DNA of 48,070 bases from the NCBI GenBank assembly GCA_007130745.1, contig SLRW01000099.1, forward strand, positions 1-48,070. The letters run 5' to 3'. This stretch comes from Gammaproteobacteria bacterium (lineage in GTDB: Bacteria; Pseudomonadota; Gammaproteobacteria; UBA5335; SLRW01). This document shows positions 37,665 to 46,817 of the stretch, piece by piece. Under the pieces are notes generated by a model. It was not told the origin of the DNA. It did not search any database and was given only the letters and a program-made list of their open reading frames with translations. Position 1 is the first letter of the stretch; the number at the start of each line of letters is the position of its first letter. The position numbers were made by a program, and so were the translations under genes.

Positions 37665-38665
37665 GCGAAAGCGGTCACCTTTTTGACGAGGGTGTTGGCA
37701 GCGCCCGTCGTCCCCCGGGGGAGCGTTTACGCCAGGCACGTGAGCGTCGCGGCCTGACGGTGGCCGCGGTAGCCGATACGCTGCGTCTGTCCTCGGCCAT
37801 GATCGAGGCGCTGGAGCAGGACCGTTATGAAGACCTGCCGCCGGCCACATTCGTGCGCGGTTATCTTCGCAGCTATGCAGAATTGCTCGGGCTGTCAGTT
37901 GACGACGTGCTTCAGGCTCACGCCCTGGCCCAGCCGGAGTCCGATTCCGTCACCTATGCCGGCCCCGTGGCCCAGTCATTATCAGGCAGCCATCGCGCCC
38001 GGGTTGTGGCCTCCGTGTTGGGTGTGGCCATTCTGGCGCTTGCGCTGGTGGTTGTCGGCTGGTTGAGCGGCGAACGCGATGCCGTTGAGCCGGATGCACG
38101 GCTTGCGGAAGCGACTCGCGCCGACACAGTGATGCCTTCGCGACCCTCTGCCGAGCCTGATCTGGGCCAGCTGGTCACGCCGTCCGTGCCGGTTGATGAA
38201 CCCGGCAACGAACAAGCGGGGGTGCGGGAGCCGGATGATGCTGCAACAATCGCTGATCATGAAGCAGTGATTCAACCCGAGGGTCGCGAGCCCGTGCAGG
38301 TGATACCCCGCGAGGAGGGTCCGGCTGAAACTTCAGAGCCGGCGGTGGATGAGCCTGAAGTGGCGGAGACCCCGGATGAGGTTGCAGCCGAGCCGGGGGA
38401 AATGACGCCGGTGCGGGTTGAATTCCGCATTCGCGAGGGTGGCCAGAGCTGGGTTGAGATTGAAGATGCTGCCGGTGAGCGTGTGGCACGACGCCTGTTT
38501 GGCAGCGGTGAGCGCTTCAGCGCCGAGGCCGGGGCGCCGTTAAGTGTTTTTGTGGGGGATGCCGCCGAGGTTGAGTTGAGTATAGACGGTGAACCATACG
38601 ATTTGTTTGGCCATATGCGTGTTAATAATACGGCTCGTCTGACTATTGATCCCGGCGCGCCCTGA
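37661..38665 (+). CDS. rodZ: Cytoskeleton protein RodZ (HTH, TM helix and periplasmic domain)
   Basis: It has an N-terminal XRE-type HTH ([33 protein letters not shown]...[15 protein letters not shown]), a TM helix ([21 protein letters not shown]), an acidic linker and a C-terminal beta domain. It has a GTGA overlap with pilW. Confidence 0.85.
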   Translation: MSESGHLFDEGVGSARRPPGERLRQARERRGLTVAAVADTLRLSSAMIEALEQDRYEDLPPATFVRGYLRSYAELLGLSVDDVLQAHALAQPESDSVTYAGPVAQSLSGSHRARVVASVLGVAILALALVVVGWLSGERDAVEPDARLAEATRADTVMPSRPSAEPDLGQLVTPSVPVDEPGNEQAGVREPDDAATIADHEAVIQPEGREPVQVIPREEGPAETSEPAVDEPEVAETPDEVAAEPGEMTPVRVEFRIREGGQSWVEIEDAAGERVARRLFGSGERFSAEAGAPLSVFVGDAAEVELSIDGEPYDLFGHMRVNNTARLTIDPGAP

Positions 38666-38748
38666 GGCGTATTGCCGGTGTGCCCGGTCCGGGCAGCGAC
38701 TATTTCATGATTGCCAGAGTTGTCCAGCCAGCTAACAGGGGTTTGCAG

Positions 38749-40020
38749 GTGTCCGGAAAAATCCAGGCCGTACGCGGCATGAATGACATCCTGCCGGAGC
38801 ATTCGCATCTGTGGCAGTTTCTCGAGGATTGCACCCGCGAGGCGCTTGAGTCGGCTGGTTATAGAGAAATCCGGTTGCCGCTGGTGGAGCGTACGGCGCT
38901 GTTCAGTCGTGCTATCGGCGAAGTCACCGATATTGTGGAAAAAGAAATGTATACCTTCGAGGACCGCAACGGTGACAGCCTCACCTTGCGTCCTGAAGGC
39001 ACGGCGGGCTGTGTGCGTGCAGGCATAGAGCGTGGTTTGTTTCACAACAGCCAACCCCGGCTGTGGTACAGCGGCCCCATGTTTCGCCACGAGCGTCCCC
39101 AGAAAGGCCGATATCGCCAGTTTCACCAGATTGGTGTCGAGGCTTACGGCATGGATGGCCCGGATGTGGATGCCGAACAGATTCTGCTGCTGCGGCGTCT
39201 TTGGGAACGTCTGGGTATTCGTGCCGAGTTGCGGCTGAATTCGCTGGGTACACCCGAGGCCAGACGTGATTATCGCGCCGCCCTGGTGCGTTATTTCGAG
39301 GCGCATGCCGGCCAGCTGGACGAAGACAGTCAGCGGCGCCTGCATACCAACCCCATGCGCATACTGGACAGCAAGAACCCGGCGCTATTTGATCTCATCG
39401 ATGCCGCGCCCAGGTTGCCGGATTATCTTGACGACGAATCTCGCGAGCATTTCTCCAGACTGTGTCGGTTGCTGGATGACGCCGGGGTTGAATATGTGCT
39501 GGATCCGCGGCTGGTGCGTGGGCTGGATTATTACACCCGCACCGTTTTTGAGTGGGTCACGGATGCCCTGGGCGCCCAGGATGCAGTGTGTTCAGGTGGT
39601 CGTTATGATGGCCTGGTGACCCAGCTTGGTGGTCGTCCGACCCCGGCCGTGGGTTTTGCCCTGGGGATGGAGCGAGTGATTGCCCTGATTGAACAGCAGG
39701 CGCCGGAGCGCCCGCCCCGCATGTTGCCGCATGTCTACGTGGTGCACTCGGGTGAGCAGGCTGAGCGCCTGGCTTTTGAGGTCAGTGAGTTGCTGCGTGA
39801 GCAGGTCGAAGGCCTGAGGCTGATGCTCAACTGCGGGGGTGGCAGCTTCAAGGCCCAGTTCCGGCGTGCCGACAACAGTGGTGCGGCCGTGGCGCTGGTG
39901 ATTGGCGAGGAAGAGGCCGGGACCCGGACCGTTCAACTCAAGCCCTTGCGCGAGCACAGCGAACAGCAGGCTGTAAAACTGGAAGCATTGCCGGCAGCAG
40001 TGGCGGCATTGATTAATTGA
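38749..40020 (+). CDS. hisS: Histidine--tRNA ligase
   Basis: [50 protein letters not shown] and GGRYDGL (class II motifs). The GTG at 38749 gives an N-terminus matching E. coli MAKNIQAIRGMND. The ATG at 38707 and the listed 38680 are alternative starts. Confidence 0.92.
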   Translation: MSGKIQAVRGMNDILPEHSHLWQFLEDCTREALESAGYREIRLPLVERTALFSRAIGEVTDIVEKEMYTFEDRNGDSLTLRPEGTAGCVRAGIERGLFHNSQPRLWYSGPMFRHERPQKGRYRQFHQIGVEAYGMDGPDVDAEQILLLRRLWERLGIRAELRLNSLGTPEARRDYRAALVRYFEAHAGQLDEDSQRRLHTNPMRILDSKNPALFDLIDAAPRLPDYLDDESREHFSRLCRLLDDAGVEYVLDPRLVRGLDYYTRTVFEWVTDALGAQDAVCSGGRYDGLVTQLGGRPTPAVGFALGMERVIALIEQQAPERPPRMLPHVYVVHSGEQAERLAFEVSELLREQVEGLRLMLNCGGGSFKAQFRRADNSGAAVALVIGEEEAGTRTVQLKPLREHSEQQAVKLEALPAAVAALIN

Positions 40021-40129
40021 TGATTGATTGAGAGCTGGCAGCTCTTCAGACTGTGATGCCTTGTTCTGGCGTTGCAGTTGCTGCTTAGCCGGTAAACAGA
40101 CATGAATACCTTGTTGAGGAGATCAGGCA

Positions 40130-40768
40130 GTGGCGGATTATTCTGCGGAAGAAGAACAACTTGAGAAACTCAAGGAATGGTGGCGTGAGAACCGCAACTA
40201 TGTGATTGCGGGCGTGGTGCTCGGGCTGCTGGTGGTATTCGGCTGGCGCGGCTGGGAAACTCACACGCAATCCATGGCCGAGGACGGGTCCATGCATTTC
40301 GAAAACCTGCATGTGGCTACGCAGCTTGGTCAGTACGAGCAGGCTACAGAAATAGCGCAGAACCTGCGTGAGCATTATGCGCGCACCCCTTATGCCGGTC
40401 TGGGCAGTCTGGTCGTGGCCCGGGCCGCGCTGGAAGCCGGTGAGCCTGAAACTGCGGTAGAAAGCCTGACCTGGGCCATGGACAAGGCGCGCAGCCGAGA
40501 GATTCAGGCGTTGGCGCGGTTGCGTCTGGCGCGGGTGAAATTTGATCAGGGGGAAAGCGACGCAGCATTGTCCCTGCTTGTCCGCCCGCCACGGCAGAGT
40601 TTTACCGCAGCCTATGCCGAATTACGGGGTGATATTCATGCCAGCGAGGGGCGCACTGAGCAGGCCCGTGAAGCCTATCAGGCTGCCCTGGATGCCAGCG
40701 AGCGCGACACCGGCAATCTGGGTATGTTGCGAATGAAGCTTGATGCCATGGGTGGTCCGCGGGAATGA
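40130..40768 (+). CDS. yfgM: YfgM-family TPR membrane protein (ancillary SecYEG/periplasmic chaperone partner)
   Basis: EEEQLEKLKEWWRENRNYVIAGVVLGLLVVFGW (N-terminal anchor) followed by a TPR-like periplasmic domain. It occupies the conserved hisS-yfgM-bamB-der position and has a GTG start. Confidence 0.8.
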   Translation: MADYSAEEEQLEKLKEWWRENRNYVIAGVVLGLLVVFGWRGWETHTQSMAEDGSMHFENLHVATQLGQYEQATEIAQNLREHYARTPYAGLGSLVVARAALEAGEPETAVESLTWAMDKARSREIQALARLRLARVKFDQGESDAALSLLVRPPRQSFTAAYAELRGDIHASEGRTEQAREAYQAALDASERDTGNLGMLRMKLDAMGGPRE

Positions 40769-41919
40769 AGCGCACGTCGGCAGCTTTGGTGCTGGGGTTG
40801 TTTGTTACAGCCTGCGCCGGTCTCGGTGGTCCGGGGCTGGACGAGGAGCGCCCGACCGAACTGGATTATATCGAGGATGAGCTGCCGGTTGAGTTGATAT
40901 GGCAACGTGATCTGGGGCGCGGGGTAGGTGATCTGCTAATGGATCACCAGCTGGTGCTGGAGGATGATGTGTTGTATGCGGCGCTGCCGGGCGGCCGGGT
41001 ATGGGCGGTCAACGCGGATAATGGCCGCCGCGTCTGGCGTCGTGATCTGGAACGTTACATCGTCGGTGGGCCCGGTACGGGCGAGGGCCTGGTCATGCTG
41101 GGCACCGCCGATGGTTATGTTGTTGCCCTGGAGCGTGGCAGTGGCAGGGAGCGCTGGGCCAGCCGGGTGAGCGGTGAACCACTGGCGCCGGCAACTGCCC
41201 GTGCCGGGATTGTGGTTGCCCGTACGGTTGATGGGCGTATCTATGGTTTTGATGCCCGTAACGGTGAGCGACTCTGGGTGCATGAGACTTCTGTGCCCAC
41301 CTTGACTCTGCGTGGCGTCGGCTCACCGGTGATCGTGGATGATTCACGACTGGTAGTGGGGCTGGATAATGGCCGTTTGCAGATGCTCGAGCTGCAGACA
41401 GGCGAGGTCATCTGGGAAGCAGTGGTGGCTGTGCCCAGCGGGCGCACAGAGCTGGAGCGGCTGGCAGATGTGGATGGGCGTCCGCTGGTTGTACGCAACA
41501 GCGTCTACGTCGCCGCCTATCAGGGCCAGGTAGTAGAAGTATCACTGACTACTGGTGAGGTGGGCTGGGCACGCGAATTCTCCAGTCATCAAGGCCTGGC
41601 CCGAGAGGGGAACCGTTTGTTTGCCGTGGATGATCGCTCCCGTATCCATGCCTTAAGCCGCTTTACCGGTTCCCCGGCCTGGCTCAATGAGATGCTCTAC
41701 AGGCGTGATCTTACTGCCCCGGTGGTCCACGGAGACCATCTTCTGGTGGGTGACTATAAGGGTTATGTTCACTGGCTGACCCACAGTGATGGCCAGCTAG
41801 TTGCACGTCATCGAGTAGACCCTTTTGGTGTGTTGGCACCCACCGTGACCCGGGACCGGGATGTGTTCGTGCTAGGCAGGGGCGGCCAGTTGGCCCGACT
41901 CAGGCTGGGGCAACGGTAA
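40765..41919 (+). CDS. bamB: Outer membrane protein assembly factor BamB (lipoprotein, PQQ-like beta-propeller)
   Basis: It has a lipobox (LFVTAC) and repeated propeller blades (…GRVWAVNADNGRRVW…, …GRIYGFDARNGERLW…). It has an ATGA overlap with yfgM. Confidence 0.88.
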   Translation: MKRTSAALVLGLFVTACAGLGGPGLDEERPTELDYIEDELPVELIWQRDLGRGVGDLLMDHQLVLEDDVLYAALPGGRVWAVNADNGRRVWRRDLERYIVGGPGTGEGLVMLGTADGYVVALERGSGRERWASRVSGEPLAPATARAGIVVARTVDGRIYGFDARNGERLWVHETSVPTLTLRGVGSPVIVDDSRLVVGLDNGRLQMLELQTGEVIWEAVVAVPSGRTELERLADVDGRPLVVRNSVYVAAYQGQVVEVSLTTGEVGWAREFSSHQGLAREGNRLFAVDDRSRIHALSRFTGSPAWLNEMLYRRDLTAPVVHGDHLLVGDYKGYVHWLTHSDGQLVARHRVDPFGVLAPTVTRDRDVFVLGRGGQLARLRLGQR

Positions 41920-41925
41920 GGCACC

Positions 41926-43359
41926 ATGACCTTCGCCACCACTGCTGTTCTGCCTGTTGTTGCCCTGATGGGGCGCCCCAATGTGGGCAAGTCCACACTC
42001 TTTAACCGACTGACTCGCACCCGGGATGCACTGGTGGCGGACTATCCGGGGCTGACGCGCGACCGGCAGTATGGCGTCGCTGAGCTTGATGGCCGCAGTT
42101 GTGTAGTTGTCGATACCGGTGGGCTGGGTGTCGAGGATGAGGCTATTGATGCCCTGATGGCTGAACAAACCCGGCAGGCCCTGGATGAATGTGATCTGGT
42201 GATGCTGGTGGTCGATGCCCGCGACGGGGTAGTGCCTGGCGACCAGAGTGTTGCCGCGATACTGCGCCGGGCTGGTAAACCGGTGCTGGTAGTGGCCAAC
42301 AAGGCGGAAGGCAAGCCGGGCGAGCTTGCTGGTGCTGATTTTCATGGTCTGGGCCTGGGGACGCCGCTGGCGGTATCGGCCTTGCATGGTCAGGGTTTGC
42401 AGGGACTGGCCCGCGCAATCAACGAATCGCTGCCCCCGGCAGGACGTCCGGAGACCTCGCTGCCGCTGCCCGCATCTCAGGCTGAGGACGCTATCCATAT
42501 TGCTGTACTGGGCCGTCCCAACGTGGGCAAGTCCACGCTGGTCAATCGCCTGCTGGGTGATGAGCGGGTGGTAACCTTTGATATGCCCGGTACCACTCGT
42601 GATGCGGTTGCCATCCCCTTCGAGCGCGACGGACAAGCCTGGGTGTTGATCGATACCGCAGGTATCCGACGCCGCCAGCGGGTACGGCAGACAATAGAGA
42701 AGTTCAGCGTGGTCAAGGCGTTGCAGGCGATGGAGCAGGCCCAGGTCACGATTGTGTTGCTGGATGCCAGTGAGGGGGTGACCGACCAGGACGCCAGTCT
42801 GATCGGTCTGGTCGTGCAGCGGGGACGAGCGCTGGTGCTGGGGGTAAATAAATGGGATGGCTTGCCCCCCGAGCAGCGTGACACCGTTCGCCGACAGGTG
42901 GATGTCAAGTTGCCCTTCGTGGATTTTGTGCGCCTGCACTATATCTCGGCCCTGCACGGCACCGGGGTAGGGGAGCTGTTTGATTCCGTGCGTGAAGCAT
43001 GGACTGCGGCCAGCGCTGATTTATCCGCCTCGCGTTTGACCCGGCTGCTGGAGCAGGCCGTTGCCGCGCATGCGCCGCCGCTGGTACAGGGACGGCGAAT
43101 CAAGCTGCGTTATGCCCATCAGGGCGGCCGCAATCCGCCGATTATCGTGATCCACGGCAACCAGACCGCTAAGGTACCCCCGGCCTACAGGCGTTATCTG
43201 GTCAACATGTTCCGCCGTGAGCTTGGTTTATGGGGAACCCCTCTGCAGCTTGAGTTCCGTACTTCCGTGAATCCCTACGCCGGGCGCAGTAATGCGCTCT
43301 CGCCGCGCCAGATGAAGCAGCGGCAGCGTTTGATTCGCCACCGCAAGAAAAAACGCTGA
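41926..43359 (+). CDS. der: Ribosome biogenesis GTPase Der (EngA)
   Basis: It has two tandem GTPase domains, each with GRPNVGKSTL, DTGG/DTAG and NKxD, plus a KH-like C-terminus with a basic tail. Confidence 0.95.
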   Translation: MTFATTAVLPVVALMGRPNVGKSTLFNRLTRTRDALVADYPGLTRDRQYGVAELDGRSCVVVDTGGLGVEDEAIDALMAEQTRQALDECDLVMLVVDARDGVVPGDQSVAAILRRAGKPVLVVANKAEGKPGELAGADFHGLGLGTPLAVSALHGQGLQGLARAINESLPPAGRPETSLPLPASQAEDAIHIAVLGRPNVGKSTLVNRLLGDERVVTFDMPGTTRDAVAIPFERDGQAWVLIDTAGIRRRQRVRQTIEKFSVVKALQAMEQAQVTIVLLDASEGVTDQDASLIGLVVQRGRALVLGVNKWDGLPPEQRDTVRRQVDVKLPFVDFVRLHYISALHGTGVGELFDSVREAWTAASADLSASRLTRLLEQAVAAHAPPLVQGRRIKLRYAHQGGRNPPIIVIHGNQTAKVPPAYRRYLVNMFRRELGLWGTPLQLEFRTSVNPYAGRSNALSPRQMKQRQRLIRHRKKKR

Positions 43360-43373
43360 AGCTGTTGTGTTTA

Positions 43374-43424
43374 TCAGTATGCGTTTTGCTTGAGGTACCC
43401 CCCGTCTCTGCCTTTCAGTATGCG
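43374..43424. repeat. 10-bp direct repeat TCAGTATGCG x2 (43374-43383 and 43415-43424)
   Basis: There are two exact copies 41 bp apart in the AT-rich der/ACAD spacer. Each is followed within 0-6 nt by CGTTTT. Confidence 0.7.
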
Positions 43425-43434
43425 ATACCGTTTT

Positions 43435-43472
43435 AGATCTCAAGTCTTAAGACGTCTTAAGACTTGAGATCT
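43435..43472. repeat. Perfect 38-bp palindrome (19+19, no spacer)
   Basis: AGATCTCAAGTCTTAAGAC|GTCTTAAGACTTGAGATCT. I verified base by base that the right half is the exact reverse complement of the left. It lies 76 nt after the der stop and is followed by a T-rich GTTCTATTTTC. Confidence 0.95.
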
Positions 43473-43483
43473 GTTCTATTTTC

Positions 43484-43513
43484 TTGACCAAGCGCTTGCT
43501 TGGTTGCTAGATT
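43484..43513 (+). promoter_or_regulatory. Candidate sigma70 promoter of the ACAD-carboxylase cluster, with an internal operator-like palindrome
   Basis: TTGACC (43484-43489) -N18- TAGATT (43508-43513). The spacer contains ACCAAGC-gctt-GCTTGGT (43487-43504), which includes the perfect 10-mer palindrome CAAGCGCTTG (43489-43498). Confidence 0.5.
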
Positions 43514-43556
43514 GCGCCTGTACGGGTGCCCTGAGTCCATCTGCCGGAGAGAAGCC

Positions 43557-44723
43557 GTGATCTACCAGGAAGAACACCTTGAGCTGCAGCGCTCGGTAAA
43601 GAAATTCGTTGAAAACGAAATCAATCCTCATGTCGAGGAATGGGAAGAGGCGGGGATTTTCCCGGCTCATGAACTGTTCGCCAAAATGGGCAAGCAGGGC
43701 TGGCTGGGCATTAACAAGCCCGAGGAATACGGTGGTCTGGGGCTCGATTACACTTTTCAGCTGGCCTTTGCCGAAGCCATCGGTAATATCCAGTGCGGCT
43801 CCCTGCCCATGGCCATTGGCGTGCAGACTGATATGGCCACGCCGGCGCTGGCAGCACATGGCTCGGATGAGCTGCGCAAGGAATTTCTGGCGCCGGCCAT
43901 TGCCGGTGAACAGGTAGCCTGTATCGGCGTGTCCGAGCCCGGCGCGGGATCGGATGTGGCCGCCATCAGGACCACCGCAAAACGTGACGGCGACGATTAC
44001 GTTATCAACGGCGGCAAGATGTGGATCACCAACGGTACGCAAGCCGACTGGATGTGTATGTTGGCGGTCACCGGCGACAGCAATGAGTCACCCTGGAAGA
44101 ACAAATCCCTGATCGTGGTGCCGATGGACAGCGATGGCATCACAGTTGCCCGCAAGCTGGACAAGCTGGGCATGCGCTCTTCGGATACCGCGCAGCTTTT
44201 CTTCGAGAATGTGCGCGTGCCTGTACGCTATCGTATCGGCGAAGAAGGCATGGGCTTTATCCTGCAGATGCTGCAATTTCAGGAAGAGCGCCTGTGGGGG
44301 GCAGCGACCTCCATGACCGGTATGGATCGGGCCATTGAGGCCACTATTGAGTACACCCGCGAGCGCAAGACCTTCGGTCAGCCCATTATCGATAACCAGG
44401 CGGTGCATTTTCGTCTGGCCGAGCTCAAGACTGAAGTGGAAGCGTTGCGTTCCATGGTCTATCGCGCCGGGCGCGATTATGCCGACGGCAATGATGTGAC
44501 CATGCTGGCCTCCATGGCCAAGCTCAAGGGGGGGCGCCTGATGCGTGAGGTGACCGACAGTTGCCTGCAGTACTACGGTGGCATGGGCTTCATGAACGAG
44601 ACACCGATTACCCGCGCTTTCAGGGATGGCCGCCTGATGTCCATCGGTGGCGGCGCCGATGAGATTATGCTCGGGATTATCTGCAAATTCATGGATATCC
44701 TGCCCTCACGGCGTAAATCCTGA
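43557..44723 (+). CDS. Acyl-CoA dehydrogenase (substrate not assignable from sequence alone)
   Basis: ACAD N, middle and C domains are present (GLDYTFQLAFAEAIG..., CIGVSEPGAGSDVAAIRT, DDYVINGGKMWITNG, YYGGMGFMNETPITRAFRD). The GTG at 43557 lies 4-5 nt after GGAGAGAAG. Confidence 0.88.
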   Translation: MIYQEEHLELQRSVKKFVENEINPHVEEWEEAGIFPAHELFAKMGKQGWLGINKPEEYGGLGLDYTFQLAFAEAIGNIQCGSLPMAIGVQTDMATPALAAHGSDELRKEFLAPAIAGEQVACIGVSEPGAGSDVAAIRTTAKRDGDDYVINGGKMWITNGTQADWMCMLAVTGDSNESPWKNKSLIVVPMDSDGITVARKLDKLGMRSSDTAQLFFENVRVPVRYRIGEEGMGFILQMLQFQEERLWGAATSMTGMDRAIEATIEYTRERKTFGQPIIDNQAVHFRLAELKTEVEALRSMVYRAGRDYADGNDVTMLASMAKLKGGRLMREVTDSCLQYYGGMGFMNETPITRAFRDGRLMSIGGGADEIMLGIICKFMDILPSRRKS

Positions 44724-44755
44724 AGGTGGCTGTCGGTTTCTGACAAGGAATGACC

Positions 44756-46777
44756 ATGGCGGGACAGACATTTCACAAGGTACTGGTGGCCAATCGCGGC
44801 GAAATCGCCTGTCGTGTGATTGGCAGTGCCCGGGCTTGCGGTTATGCCACGGTGGCGGTTTATTCCGAGGCCGACCGTCATGCGCGACATGTTCGGCTGG
44901 CCGATGAAGCCGTGCGGCTCGGTCCGCCGCAGGCCGCCGAGTCCTATCTCAATATCCAGCGCATTATTGAAGCGGCCCGGGCCACCGGAGCGGATGCCGT
45001 GCATCCAGGCTACGGATTTCTGGCTGAAAACGCGGAATTTGTCGAGGCCTGTCACAAGGCTGGGCTGGTGTTTATCGGCCCCTCTGCCGAGGCCATGCGA
45101 TTGATGGGCCACAAGGCTGCGGCCAAGCGTCGCATGATTGAGGCCGGGGTGCCCTGTGTCCCCGGTTATCAGGAAGAAGACCAGGACCCCGGGCGTTTGC
45201 GCAAGGAAGCCGAGCGCATCGGTTACCCGGTACTGATCAAGGCGGCCGCCGGTGGTGGTGGTCGGGGCATGCGGCTGGTTGAGAACAAGAAGGATTTCGG
45301 CGATGCGCTGGACTCGGCTCGCTCCGAGGCCCGCAATGCCTTTGGCGATGACACTCTGATCCTGGAGCGCGCGGTGCAGTCACCGCGCCATGTCGAGGTA
45401 CAGGTGTTTGCTGACACCCATGGCAATGTGATCCATCTGGGTGAGCGTGACTGCTCAGTGCAACGCCGTCACCAGAAAGTGATCGAGGAAGCGCCGGGCC
45501 CCGGCATCAGTGAAAAATTGCGTGCAGCCATGGGCGAGGCGGCTTGTCAGGCGGCCAGGGCGATCGATTATACGGGCGCCGGTACGGTGGAATTTCTGCT
45601 TGATGCCGGCGGCGAATTCTTTTTCATGGAAATGAACACCCGCTTGCAGGTGGAGCACCCGGTGACCGAGCTGGTGACAGGCCAGGATCTGGTGGCCTGG
45701 CAGCTGGCCGTGGCCGAAGGCGGCGAACTGCCCCTCAGGCAAGAGCAGGTGGTTTTGCAGGGTCATGCCATGGAAGCCCGCCTGTATGCCGAGGATCCGG
45801 CGCAGGATTTTATGCCCCAGACCGGCCGGGTACTGCGCTGGCGTCTGCCGCAAGGGCTTGATGTTCGTGTGGACCATGGCGTGCACGAAGGCGGCGAAAT
45901 CACGCCGCACTACGACCCCATGATTGCCAAGGTCATCACCTATGGCGCCAGCCGCGACGAGGCCCGGCGCAAACTGGTGGCGGCCCTGCGCCGGATCGAG
46001 CTGCTGGGCGTGGTGCACAACCGCGATTTCCTTGCCCGCGTCTGTGATCATCCGGCTTTCGCCGCCGGCGAGGTGACTACTGCTTTTATTGCCGAACACA
46101 TGGGCGATGACGCCAGCATGAGTGCACCGGCGCCCGACGAGCAGGCCTGGGCGCTGGCAGCGCTAACGGTGTATCTGGCCCGGGCAGGGGATCGTGACCC
46201 CGCTAGCATCGGTTGGCGCGGCGCCAGCCAGATCGACAGTCTGCTGCGACTGGTTAATGGCGAAACCGACCAACTGATGGCCATCCGGGCCATTGGACGT
46301 GGTCATGAAGCGCCAGCGGCCTGGCAGGTGTCGGTGAGCCTGGATATGGAATCAGAGACGCCCGAAGAACCACTACCAGTGACTATCGAGGTGCTTGATC
46401 ATGTCGATGGCGTGATTGTCTATATGATTGGCAATGTGCGCCGGCGCCTGGTTTATGAATTCGACGGCGAAGCGCTGCATCTGCAGCACGCCGATCGGGA
46501 GTGGCGTTTCGAGGATGTCACGCATTTGCCGCCGGAGGCGGTGGATGCCGCGGGTACCGGTATTCTCACCGCGCCGCTGGATGGCTCCGTGATTGAAGTG
46601 CTGGCCGGCGAAGGTGACCAGGTCGAGCAGGGGCAGGTGGTGATGGTGGTTGAGGCCATGAAGATGGAACACCAGATTCGCGCCGATATCGACGGGGTGC
46701 TCAGTAGCCTCAAGGTGGGCAAGGGCGATCAGGTCAAGCCACGTCAGGTGGTCGCCGAAATCGAGGGCAAGTCGTGA
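44756..46777 (+). CDS. Biotin-dependent acyl-CoA carboxylase alpha subunit (biotin carboxylase, BT and BCCP domains; MCCase/GCCase type)
   Basis: KVLVANRGEIACRV, the ATP-grasp motifs (YPVLIKAAAGGGGRGMR, EMNTRLQVEHPVTE), and the C-terminal biotinyl motif VVEAMKMEH. The ATG at 44756 is better spaced from AAGGA than the ATG at 44750. Confidence 0.9.
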   Translation: MAGQTFHKVLVANRGEIACRVIGSARACGYATVAVYSEADRHARHVRLADEAVRLGPPQAAESYLNIQRIIEAARATGADAVHPGYGFLAENAEFVEACHKAGLVFIGPSAEAMRLMGHKAAAKRRMIEAGVPCVPGYQEEDQDPGRLRKEAERIGYPVLIKAAAGGGGRGMRLVENKKDFGDALDSARSEARNAFGDDTLILERAVQSPRHVEVQVFADTHGNVIHLGERDCSVQRRHQKVIEEAPGPGISEKLRAAMGEAACQAARAIDYTGAGTVEFLLDAGGEFFFMEMNTRLQVEHPVTELVTGQDLVAWQLAVAEGGELPLRQEQVVLQGHAMEARLYAEDPAQDFMPQTGRVLRWRLPQGLDVRVDHGVHEGGEITPHYDPMIAKVITYGASRDEARRKLVAALRRIELLGVVHNRDFLARVCDHPAFAAGEVTTAFIAEHMGDDASMSAPAPDEQAWALAALTVYLARAGDRDPASIGWRGASQIDSLLRLVNGETDQLMAIRAIGRGHEAPAAWQVSVSLDMESETPEEPLPVTIEVLDHVDGVIVYMIGNVRRRLVYEFDGEALHLQHADREWRFEDVTHLPPEAVDAAGTGILTAPLDGSVIEVLAGEGDQVEQGQVVMVVEAMKMEHQIRADIDGVLSSLKVGKGDQVKPRQVVAEIEGKS

Positions 46778-46817
46778 TAAAGCTGCCGATTGCAGCCTGC
46801 AACAGGGGAATAGTGCA

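Noticed and set aside
43435-43472. The 38-bp perfect palindrome considered as a mobile-element end, MITE or attachment site.
   Set aside because: There is no transposase, integrase or tRNA gene nearby. I saw no second copy and no flanking target-site duplication anywhere in the 48 kb. I keep it as a regulatory or terminator palindrome. A genome-wide copy count is still needed.
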